Notes: generated by a model from the sequence alone, not told the origin. A stretch of 32,000 bases of DNA from Vulcanisaeta distributa DSM 14429 (GCF_000148385.1 NC_014537.1:2130001-2162000); one strand, 5' to 3'. Numbered from the stretch's first letter, positions 16,016-24,292 are shown. Program-made: numbers and translations.

Positions 16016-17192
16016 TTAAATAAATTATCATTAAACTCAACGAAAGGACCAACGGTATTAGAAATAGAGACTCCGTGTTAATTCTGTAAAACTCACCAGT
16101 TAGGTAACTTCCAATTGTTTGCCCAATTAACTGAAACACTATTAATAGGCTCATTCCATGGCCCCTCCTATTAATTCCAATTCTACCGCCCAACTCACTC
16201 TGTATTGCCGTAATGACTAATTGGGCACCAACCTGAAGCATGAGTAGGTAACCCACGACTGAGTATGTATTTTCAACTAACCCTATCACACTACCCACTG
16301 CACTAATTATCGTACCTAAGGCGAACAACCTGCTCCTATACCTATCAACGTAGAAGGTTAGGAATATCCCTATCATGATGTAGGCAGCGTATGAAATTGA
16401 TACCAGGTAGCCCCAATAGACTGTGTTAAGCCCTAATTTGTAGATTACGTATATGGGTAATAACGTATTTATGGGCATTATGGCAATTGATATCATTAAT
16501 GCCGATACATAAATCATTAATAAATCACCAGGTAAGTTGACAATGCTAATTAATTGATTGTATGAGCGTAGGAGTTCCCTAAAGGTTACTTTGCCAATTC
16601 TATTTCCCAGGGTCTCCTTAATTGTGAATTGCCTAATTATTGCAACAGCTACGGAGATTATCGAGGAGATTAAATACGCAAGTCTAATGCCGAATAGACC
16701 GTACTTATTAATTAAAAAGCCGCTGACAGGTGGTAAAACCAACCAAGGTATTTGGGGTAGTATTGACGTTACTAAAATTCCACTGGCGTATCTTTCCTGG
16801 GGCAGGGAGTCCATTAGAATCGCAAGTAGTGCAGGTTGGTAGAAGGATGCAGCCATGTTTAGTGCGTAGAATACCGCGAGTAATTGCCAATTGGGCGCTA
16901 TGACCATTAGGAATGACATTACCGTTATTAGCCAAGTCCCTATGACAATTGATGATCTGCGACCTAAGGTATCCGTTAAGTATCCTCCTGGGATTATCGC
17001 AATTAACTGCACAATCATTGAGATTGAGTAGGTTAGGCCTATGTCTATGGCGTTGGCGCCAAGCATCTTTAGGTAAATTGAGAGGTAGGGCATCGTCATG
17101 GCATTACCGATTGCATAAAGGAACCAGGTAAGTAGCAGTATTCCCACGTTACCCGTTACGTAATACTTAATGTTCCTTCTTACATCATGCAA
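15981..17192 (-). CDS. MFS transporter
   Basis: About 12 hydrophobic segments with the MFS loop motif GGYLTDTLGRRSS. TTG start followed by CAT GAT GTA. Confidence 0.8.
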   Translation of the reverse strand: MHDVRRNIKYYVTGNVGILLLTWFLYAIGNAMTMPYLSIYLKMLGANAIDIGLTYSISMIVQLIAIIPGGYLTDTLGRRSSIVIGTWLITVMSFLMVIAPNWQLLAVFYALNMAASFYQPALLAILMDSLPQERYASGILVTSILPQIPWLVLPPVSGFLINKYGLFGIRLAYLISSIISVAVAIIRQFTIKETLGNRIGKVTFRELLRSYNQLISIVNLPGDLLMIYVSALMISIAIMPINTLLPIYVIYKLGLNTVYWGYLVSISYAAYIMIGIFLTFYVDRYRSRLFALGTIISAVGSVIGLVENTYSVVGYLLMLQVGAQLVITAIQSELGGRIGINRRGHGMSLLIVFQLIGQTIGSYLTGEFYRINTESLFLIPLVLSLSLMIIYLSAIRHNIGNER

Positions 17193-17223
17193 TGAGAATC
17201 CCCTTTATCCGAGGGTTGTACAT

Positions 17224-17240
17224 GATTTTAAAAGTATTAT
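17224..17240 (-). promoter_or_regulatory. BRE/TATA box (minus strand ATAATACTTTTAAAATC) for the MFS gene
   Basis: TATA centre is about 38 nt upstream of the start at 17192. 16/17 identical to the box at 19301-19317. Confidence 0.5.
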
Positions 17241-17256
17241 GAGCGTGGGGAGGAAT

Positions 17257-17306
17257 TCAGTCATTTACCCATTCATCACTTGTTCAAGAGACCGTCGTCT
17301 CATCAC
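17257..17306 (-). ncRNA. C/D box sRNA candidate (2'-O-methylation guide)
   Basis: Minus strand reads GTGATGA (C) - GACGACGGTCTC (12 nt) - TTGA (D') - ACAA - GTGATGA (C') - ATGGGTAAATGA (12 nt) - CTGA (D), 50 nt in total. It is intergenic, with a TATA-like box about 25 nt upstream. I saw no terminal stem. Confidence 0.65.
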
Positions 17307-17328
17307 AGGATTTAATAGTCATTCAAGG

Positions 17329-17341
17329 GCTTAAAAGACTT
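17329..17341 (-). promoter_or_regulatory. TATA-like box (minus strand AAGTCTTTTAAGC) for the C/D sRNA candidate
   Basis: TTTTAA core at 17331-17336, about 25 nt upstream of the C box at 17306. Confidence 0.4.
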
Positions 17342-17354
17342 AAGTGCCGTGGCT

Positions 17355-17606
17355 TTATGGCAATACGTAGTAATGATCTTTAATTAACTCTTTAACGACC
17401 CTCTCATTGGCGTATATGGGAACTATTATTGGTAATGCGTATGGTGTTGGTACTATCATTAAATGAGGCGCACTCCTGCCATTATATTGATTGGCAACGG
17501 CATTAGTTTCAGCATCACCTGTTGAATAATTGTTACCAATCGCCATTTTCCTTAACCGTATTGGTAATATCCTTATGCCCCTGATTATTGATTTCATTCC
17601 CATCAT
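17355..17606 (-). CDS. hypothetical small protein (83 aa from Met24 of the 106-aa track ORF)
   Basis: ORF only, no recognisable motif. A TTTAAATA box at 17631-17638 lies 25-32 nt upstream of ATG 17606. The track start at 17675 lies inside a palindrome. Confidence 0.3.
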   Translation of the reverse strand: MMGMKSIIRGIRILPIRLRKMAIGNNYSTGDAETNAVANQYNGRSAPHLMIVPTPYALPIIVPIYANERVVKELIKDHYYVLP

Positions 17607-17656
17607 ACATTTTTCAGTGATTATGGAGGGTTTAAATACCTGTATGGTGTGAAGAG

Positions 17657-17680
17657 TACACTTGCTATATAGCAAGTGTA
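17657..17680. repeat. perfect 24-bp palindrome TACACTTGCTATATAGCAAGTGTA
   Basis: The sequence equals its own reverse complement (checked base by base) and the flanking bases break the symmetry. TATATA core. It lies between an oligo-T run and a TATA-like box. Confidence 0.9.
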
Positions 17681-17683
17681 GTG

Positions 17684-17689
17684 AAAAAA
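17684..17689 (-). terminator. oligo-T (T6) candidate terminator for the IorA-like gene
   Basis: Minus strand ATTTTTTCAC, 58-63 nt downstream of the stop at 17747-17749. Archaeal RNAP terminates at T-runs. Confidence 0.35.
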
Positions 17690-17746
17690 TTACTATATAT
17701 GCTATATAATTTACGTAAATCTAAGTATGTGGTAATTAAACATTTT

Positions 17747-19279
17747 TCACGAAACCTTAACCCTAGTTACTGCGCCTCTTAAACATACTAACTGACAAAT
17801 GCCGCAACCAACGCATGCCTTAGCATCAATAACTGGCTTCTTACCTAATTGAATTGCGGGGCAGTTAATCCGTAGACAATCACCGCAGTTATCGCAATAC
17901 TCATCAATGATGCTAAACACGTATTTACCCAGGGAACTTTTCGAAATATGCATTACGGCAATGCCACGTGAATTAACAATACTTAATATATCCTGTAATG
18001 AGCCTAGGGGATTGCTTGGGTCGTAATTTACGACTTTGTAATTAGCATTAACCTTAGAAAGAATGCCTATGGCGTCACTACATTCATCCTCAGTTAGTGG
18101 AATTATAATGAGGTAATTACCATTGGTATTAACGATTTCACGGATTAGCTCCTCCCTACCCAATAATGAGCATGGATTGACTATAGCTATTAACCTGCCA
18201 TAACCATAATTGGTCTTTAAGGACGCCAGTACAGCCATTAATGAATTGGTCACAAAATCGATTACCTGGTCAAAGCTTCTTGGTTCAAAGAACGTTGGGA
18301 GCATGTCGTAACTTGGCGTTAACCCCTCCGTATTAATTACGTGCATGTATGATGGGTCAATCACCATTATCGGTACCTCCCCCTGCCTCCAATACTTTGA
18401 GAAAAGCCATTCAATGAGCATCAATGGATCTCCTGGCTCCCGAAAAAAGAGTTGCTTAATGGCATCGTTAATTAAATCATTATACCATTTACTAACATCA
18501 TCAGCCATAAGTCTCTCAACACCAACCTCCTTCATTAAGTAATCCCCAGTATCTACGACGTACTTAATACTAATTGAATCCTTGGGCAGTGGATTTATGT
18601 ATAATGGCAGTATCATTGAGTAATTACCAATTTTATCAATGTGCTCCTTAATGAACGACCACGCAGAGCCGGATATGAGTACACCATCACCCTTCCCAAT
18701 AATGGTAATATTATCACGAGACCTAACCCTGACCTCCTCAGGCAATTCCTTACGGAAACTACCCAATAATCGACTAGGCCCCCAACGCATGGGTTCACCC
18801 CAATTCTTATTAAACGTGGCCTCCCTATGCCTAATCCCAACACCATTAACGCCCTCGCCTACACTTAACCAAGGTCCTAACCTCACTATGTATGGTAGCT
18901 CAAAGGATTCGCCATAATCGCGGCTTTCCTTAATAGCCCTAACTAGGCTCCCTTGATCCCAGGGTTCCAAGCATGGCAGGCCTATTAATCCGCAAAATGG
19001 TCTTATGTCGTGAATGTCGTAGACAAATACCACAAGTGAGCCCCTAACTCTAGCGGTGCTTAAGGAACCTAGGGAATTTAGGAAGCCAACATCATCAATT
19101 AACACTGCGACATCCCTAAACATGCTTGTGAGGACCTCGGCCTCATTAATCGCATCCTCGGGGCTCATCTTTACATTAAATACTTTATTCATTAAGTAGG
19201 AGCCTGTTATGACTATGTCGTTAAACGAATTCCTTAATGCGTCCACAATCCTCATAATACTGCCTTTTACATCATGCAC
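17747..19279 (-). CDS. divergent IorA/POR-alpha-like protein with C-terminal 2x[4Fe-4S] ferredoxin domain; TPP motif not recognisable
   Basis: C-terminus CDNCGDCLRINCP and CVGCGICQLVC. Segments resembling IOR/POR alpha as I recall them: ELPYIVRLGPWLS.., ATFNKNWGEPMRWGP, GVLISGSAWSFIKEHI. GTG start followed by CAT GAT GTA. Confidence 0.45.
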   Translation of the reverse strand: MHDVKGSIMRIVDALRNSFNDIVITGSYLMNKVFNVKMSPEDAINEAEVLTSMFRDVAVLIDDVGFLNSLGSLSTARVRGSLVVFVYDIHDIRPFCGLIGLPCLEPWDQGSLVRAIKESRDYGESFELPYIVRLGPWLSVGEGVNGVGIRHREATFNKNWGEPMRWGPSRLLGSFRKELPEEVRVRSRDNITIIGKGDGVLISGSAWSFIKEHIDKIGNYSMILPLYINPLPKDSISIKYVVDTGDYLMKEVGVERLMADDVSKWYNDLINDAIKQLFFREPGDPLMLIEWLFSKYWRQGEVPIMVIDPSYMHVINTEGLTPSYDMLPTFFEPRSFDQVIDFVTNSLMAVLASLKTNYGYGRLIAIVNPCSLLGREELIREIVNTNGNYLIIIPLTEDECSDAIGILSKVNANYKVVNYDPSNPLGSLQDILSIVNSRGIAVMHISKSSLGKYVFSIIDEYCDNCGDCLRINCPAIQLGKKPVIDAKACVGCGICQLVCLRGAVTRVKVS

Positions 19280-19300
19280 TGATTTCGGTAACTATACCGC

Positions 19301-19317
19301 GATTTAAAAAGTATTAT
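19301..19317 (-). promoter_or_regulatory. BRE/TATA box (minus strand ATAATACTTTTTAAATC) for the IorA-like gene
   Basis: TATA centre is about 28 nt upstream of the start at 19279 (leaderless geometry). Confidence 0.5.
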
Positions 19318-19348
19318 TTTTATTACGAAATTGAAAGGTTTTAATAAC

Positions 19349-19360
19349 TTTAATATTAAA
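19349..19360 (+). promoter_or_regulatory. TATA-like box TTTAATATTAAA for the large surface-protein gene
   Basis: Lies 18-29 nt upstream of ATG 19378, in a 98-nt AT-rich divergent intergenic region. Confidence 0.4.
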
Positions 19361-19377
19361 GGTAATTATATAAGTGT

Positions 19378-22300
19378 ATGAATGTGAGTAGCTGGGGCGC
19401 AATCGCTCCATCGATGATTAGGAGATACGTGATTATAACGTTAATTGCCCTAATCCTCGCATCAATTGGTGCTAAGGCGTTGACACCCGCTGTTAATAGT
19501 ACGCACTTTATAATCTATGACTTAGCAAACGCGGGTTTATCATATGATCAAGCCCTAGACAACTACCTGGAACAGGCATACTCACTATACACAAGCACTT
19601 TAGGTATGAAAATGGCGCCACCATGTAATGGAAGTCAATACACGGTATACGTAGTGTCCTCTCTTCCAGGGTCAGAAGCAGGTATAACAGAGTGGGAATA
19701 CACATATAATCCAAGCACCAATCAAATACTCAGTACCTGCATAGAGTACATAAACATAAGCGCCGGCTTATCAAGCCAGTGGCTCGAGCACACGGCCTAT
19801 CACGAACTTGTCCACGTATCGCAATGGGCATACGTACAATACACGACAATACCCCAGAATTACCCATGGTATATCGAAGCTGATGCAGAGGGCACTGCGA
19901 GTTATTACACAAATCAATGCCCAATGGACCAGGACTACTTCCAGTATAGCCAGTATGAGTATGATCCATATGATTACGCAGGAAAACCAATAATAAATAT
20001 GTACTATTACTCAGCCTTCATATACTGGCTAATTGCAAACGGCATTGGACCGGCAACCATCGAGCAGAACGTATTCACTAGTAATAGTGTCATTAATTCA
20101 TGGCTTGACAATTACTACACCCAGTATCTGGTTTCACTGGTCCATGGACAGAGCCTGTGCGGGTCAACTTACTACCCAAGCTTTCAAACAATAGATATGA
20201 GTGGCAGTACATACTCCTTCAGCGTTAGTTTACAAGGCCTCAGTGCCCAGTATTACGAGATTCAATTACCCGCCACAGGCACCATAGAAATCACGGCAAG
20301 CGGTGGCTCGGTTACTAGCAATATTGAACTCAACTCAGCATTCTCAATAACAAACACGACCCTATACATGGCCGTAGTCAACCCAACAACCAGCAGTGAA
20401 AGTGTTGCATTAACGATTAGTTATACCCCAGGTATAATGGTTAGGATAATAAACGGCACATACAACGTAATGAAAGAATCATTAACACTGGAATTGTACA
20501 TCACATACGGGACGGCGCCAATTACGGGCACCGTATACATCAACGGCACCTCAGTAAGTGCAAGCAATGGTTATGCAGGTGTTACATTTACGGGAATTAC
20601 CTGGGGCACCTACACAATAAACGCGACATACGAAAACTCAACGGCCCTCGCCCACATCACGTTAACACAGCCATCAATGTCATTAATAACGTCATCCACA
20701 CTTTATCTAACGAGCAATAGCTTCGGCTACCTAGTATTTTCGGTGAATAATCCAAATAATGTAACGCTAATCACGAACGTAATGATCACATCACCACCAA
20801 GCCCAGTAAATACGTATAAGCCAATGATTTACTTTGAGCCGCCAAATGAGACGTTAACCCTAAGCCCAGGCACATCAACGGTCAAGGTATACTTCTTCAC
20901 CAATGCCACGGTGGCGAGCGGTCAAGGGGACATTTACCTATATAATAGTCCAAGTACCGCAATAACCCTCGGGTACAACGTAATACCCGCCCAGATAGGT
21001 ATCTTAAACGCTACATACTACATAAACGGCAACTACACAGTAATTAATGCATACGTTAATAACATAGGAGTAATACAATCAACATTAAGCGGCCTTACAG
21101 GTGCCGCATATATTAATTACAGTACGTATACAATAACGACACTCGGAATAAACATAACAAGCCCAGTGATAAGGCTTTTACCGAGAATTACGGTATTAGC
21201 ACCGCGCTGGGCCCTAGTTAATGTAACGATTACCCTATCATCACCAAAAACCTGCTCAAGCTTCCCCGTGTTTTATGGCGGCAAGTTCTATGTGAACAAT
21301 ACATACGTAGGTAGTGTACTCGTACCATGCAATAGTGAGGGTATTGCGTGGAACGCCATGAATATCACTTACAGGGATTATCATGTTACGCTATCAATCA
21401 CAAACACAACGATCACTGCCACAATTAATATAATACCTCCATCAATCAACGTAGTTTATTACCTGTGGAATATAACGGGCATTAATGAGTACGTAATAGC
21501 TAACCTTAGCGTGTATGGCCCATATAAATACGTGATTCTCGGTAAGGAGGTAAGTAACTCAACGCTGCAGCTTGAGTACTCCTTACCCATAAATAATACC
21601 ATACTAACCATAAACACTGGGTTTAGTAACATAACAATCCAGAGACCGAAACCATTAATAGGCCTGGAATCACCGGCAATAACAATTTACCCGCAGGTAA
21701 TTAACGTAGTTATTAACGTCACAATGCCACCAACACTCACGTATCAGGGCATTCTGAATACGTACTTAAATGGTTCATTATACTCATCAACAATTGTTAA
21801 TTTGCCGCCAGGTAAGTCAACACTCATTAACGTATTAGTTAAGCCTATGACGCCAAGCATATACATTATTAATGTGAAATTCGGCGCGTGGTCCTCAAGC
21901 AACATTACTGTAGCTAGTGTAGAATTGAATGAATTAAACGTACAGGTAAGGCCTCTAGTGATTATTGGTCATGCTGAGACAATAAATATAACGCTAAATG
22001 ATTATCCACCAATGGGATTACCCATTAATGTGACGCTTCAGGGCTGTATTAATGAGACGATGACTGTCGTGGCAAATGCATCATTAAGCCTAGGATTCAA
22101 TAAGGAGTGTGCATTATTAATTAATGCATCAACATACACATTAGCGAGTGAGGCTATTAGTTACTGGGACTATCTAAACCTATGGATTAATAATACGGTT
22201 GGTTACTACAATGGTTATCCACTAATACTTAACGAGACAATAACAGCATACGCAACATTCCTAAACGGTTCCAGGGTGCCAGCCACGGTACTCATTAACG

Positions 22301-22743
22301 GGTCAACAACACTCACCCTGCAGTCCCTGGGACCCATCACGATCACATTAAGCATTAATTACCTCGGTGCCACAAATGAATCCACGTTAAGCGCCTACGT
22401 CATACCACCGACATACTTCGAAGCAGAGGAGATACTCGGTGAGTTAGGCAATCCACAATTTCTAAATGCCACAATTAGTAATGCAATAACAAGCGGTAAT
22501 TGGGGCTTGGTTAATGAAATAGTTAATGAATACCAAGAATCATCTAGACCATACGACCCACTGGCCCAGTTATCAAGGTACTTATTAATACAGGCAGTAA
22601 TGAGTGGCGATGTTAATAAGATAGGTCTCGTAAACATCATACTAAAGTACGAACTCCTCATTTACGCAATTTTCATACTAATAATCGCACTAATAATAGT
22701 AGCCGTTTATAGGGTGGTTAGGGCTGGCTCACGTAAGGCCTAA
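19378..22743 (+). CDS. large membrane-anchored, heavily N-glycosylatable extracellular protein with N-terminal HExxH (gluzincin-like) metallopeptidase motif
   Basis: N-terminal signal/anchor MIRRYVIITLIALILASIGAKA. HELVH at aa 142-146 (nt 19801-19815), followed by YPWYIEADAEGTASYY. About 39 N-x-S/T sequons by hand count. C-terminal TM LLIYAIFILIIALIIVAVY followed by RVVRAGSRKA. Confidence 0.7.
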   Translation: MNVSSWGAIAPSMIRRYVIITLIALILASIGAKALTPAVNSTHFIIYDLANAGLSYDQALDNYLEQAYSLYTSTLGMKMAPPCNGSQYTVYVVSSLPGSEAGITEWEYTYNPSTNQILSTCIEYINISAGLSSQWLEHTAYHELVHVSQWAYVQYTTIPQNYPWYIEADAEGTASYYTNQCPMDQDYFQYSQYEYDPYDYAGKPIINMYYYSAFIYWLIANGIGPATIEQNVFTSNSVINSWLDNYYTQYLVSLVHGQSLCGSTYYPSFQTIDMSGSTYSFSVSLQGLSAQYYEIQLPATGTIEITASGGSVTSNIELNSAFSITNTTLYMAVVNPTTSSESVALTISYTPGIMVRIINGTYNVMKESLTLELYITYGTAPITGTVYINGTSVSASNGYAGVTFTGITWGTYTINATYENSTALAHITLTQPSMSLITSSTLYLTSNSFGYLVFSVNNPNNVTLITNVMITSPPSPVNTYKPMIYFEPPNETLTLSPGTSTVKVYFFTNATVASGQGDIYLYNSPSTAITLGYNVIPAQIGILNATYYINGNYTVINAYVNNIGVIQSTLSGLTGAAYINYSTYTITTLGINITSPVIRLLPRITVLAPRWALVNVTITLSSPKTCSSFPVFYGGKFYVNNTYVGSVLVPCNSEGIAWNAMNITYRDYHVTLSITNTTITATINIIPPSINVVYYLWNITGINEYVIANLSVYGPYKYVILGKEVSNSTLQLEYSLPINNTILTINTGFSNITIQRPKPLIGLESPAITIYPQVINVVINVTMPPTLTYQGILNTYLNGSLYSSTIVNLPPGKSTLINVLVKPMTPSIYIINVKFGAWSSSNITVASVELNELNVQVRPLVIIGHAETINITLNDYPPMGLPINVTLQGCINETMTVVANASLSLGFNKECALLINASTYTLASEAISYWDYLNLWINNTVGYYNGYPLILNETITAYATFLNGSRVPATVLINGSTTLTLQSLGPITITLSINYLGATNESTLSAYVIPPTYFEAEEILGELGNPQFLNATISNAITSGNWGLVNEIVNEYQESSRPYDPLAQLSRYLLIQAVMSGDVNKIGLVNIILKYELLIYAIFILIIALIIVAVYRVVRAGSRKA

Positions 22744-23547
22744 CTTACCCTCCTCCCTTAAACGCTTATCAAAAACCTTCACGAGCACCGCAGTGATTAT
22801 GAATAGAGATGCTACCGTGATCAATGAGTAAAGTACCTGGTAAGTAATTGGTATGGGGAGTTCTAAGTAGCCCAGGGCAGCTTCGCGCATTATTATGAAT
22901 GGGTAAGCTATTGGTGAGTACTCATTCATTATCATTATGTACTTACTAGTCCCGCTGGGTATTAACCCACCCAGTGCTGGCATTAGGAATTGCATTATGT
23001 CAGTAATGACCCAGTTCGACCTAAGCCTGATCACGAGCATTGCATATATTGTTGATATAAAGAGGAGTTGTAATGAGGCGAGTATTATCGATATTACAAG
23101 GAGTACGGGATCCTTAATGTCCATGATTAAGCCGAACACTATGTAAAAGCTTATCGCGAGTGCCGCTAAGTCAAGTAATGTGTATATGGAGTACGCAATG
23201 CCCCAGCCAATTACGTGGGTTAGTAAGTTATTTACTGTAGCCATTACATTCTCAAGGATGCCCTCATAACCCTCCTCAATTACCCCATTACCAAAACCCC
23301 ATAACCAACTTGAGTATAGTGCAAAGGCATATGCCGCCCAAAGGAATAATTGAATGGTGAATTTACCCAGCGTGAGCACGCCAAATCCCCGAAGGGTTAG
23401 TATGAAAAATGCGAGCCATAGTGGTGCCGTTATTATATTTATCATTATCGATGATGGCTTAGAAAATAATAGGCGTAAACCCCTCCAAACCTCAACACTT
23501 AATTCCTTAAACACCCTTCCTCCTGAACTCTCTTTCGAGCCTTGCAT
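22729..23547 (-). CDS. ABC-2 type transporter permease (second of two)
   Basis: About six hydrophobic segments. Last gene of the ATPase-permease-permease string; overlaps the upstream permease by 41 nt. Confidence 0.7.
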   Translation of the reverse strand: MQGSKESSGGRVFKELSVEVWRGLRLLFSKPSSIMINIITAPLWLAFFILTLRGFGVLTLGKFTIQLFLWAAYAFALYSSWLWGFGNGVIEEGYEGILENVMATVNNLLTHVIGWGIAYSIYTLLDLAALAISFYIVFGLIMDIKDPVLLVISIILASLQLLFISTIYAMLVIRLRSNWVITDIMQFLMPALGGLIPSGTSKYIMIMNEYSPIAYPFIIMREAALGYLELPIPITYQVLYSLITVASLFIITAVLVKVFDKRLREEGKLGLT

Positions 23548-24292
23548 ATGAGGTCATCCCAAGTAGTAGGTATATGATCGTTGCGGCGATTAAGTAGGTA
23601 ATGAGGGTGATGCTTTCATGGCCTATGCTTTCCAGGTACATGGAGTAGAAGGTTATGTACATGGGAAGTGCATAAACCAATTCCTTAATCCACCAGGGAA
23701 GTACGTATATCGGGTACGTGGTACCCGAGAGTATTGTTAATATTGGCGTTAATACGTTGGTTACCGAATCGGCATCATTAAGCTTCATGACCAAGCCCGC
23801 TATTAGCAACCCAATGCCATACAGAGGCAGTAACCCAATGAAAAGTAGTAAGAGGGCTAATGCCAGCCTAACAGCTCCAATTAACCCGTATTCCAGGTAA
23901 AACAGTGGTAAGGAGGCTATTGTGAAGGCGCCGATATTCACCACAATCATTACAAGGGATGTGCCGAGTAAGATCACGTACATGCTTGTTGGCGAGGCAA
24001 GCAGGAACTCAAGCCTACCACCCCTCCTCTCCTCCCATAGAAACCTAGCCCCTGTCTGCATCATTATCATGGATAGCATGAGGACCTCAAACCCAATGAA
24101 CTGCCTAATGAACACGCCACTCGTTACCCTAACAAAGAATGAGGCTATAAAAGCCATACCGCCAGCAATGAAGTACGGAAGAATAATAAGCAATGCCAAA
24201 CCACCCGGCTCCCTACTTATTATCTTCAGCTCATTAGCCATCACCGCAAACAGCACATTCAACTCACTAAACTTACCCATTCTCATCCCCAA
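23507..24292 (-). CDS. ABC-2 type transporter permease (first of two)
   Basis: About six hydrophobic segments. Overlaps the ATPase gene 3' end by 20 nt. Confidence 0.7.
   Translation of the reverse strand: MGMRMGKFSELNVLFAVMANELKIISREPGGLALLIILPYFIAGGMAFIASFFVRVTSGVFIRQFIGFEVLMLSMIMMQTGARFLWEERRGGRLEFLLASPTSMYVILLGTSLVMIVVNIGAFTIASLPLFYLEYGLIGAVRLALALLLLFIGLLPLYGIGLLIAGLVMKLNDADSVTNVLTPILTILSGTTYPIYVLPWWIKELVYALPMYITFYSMYLESIGHESITLITYLIAATIIYLLLGMTSYARLEREFRRKGV

Noticed and set aside
17607-17675. Upstream 23 codons of the 106-aa track ORF (start at 17675)
   Set aside because: That start lies inside the 24-bp palindrome and upstream of the only TATA-like box. If the ORF is real, ATG 17606 fits promoter geometry better. 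The whole ORF remains low confidence.
19414-19440. Possible twin-arginine (Tat) signal in the surface protein (MIRRYVII)
   Set aside because: The RR is not in an S/T-R-R-x-F-L-K context. A Sec-type signal or signal-anchor is the simpler reading.
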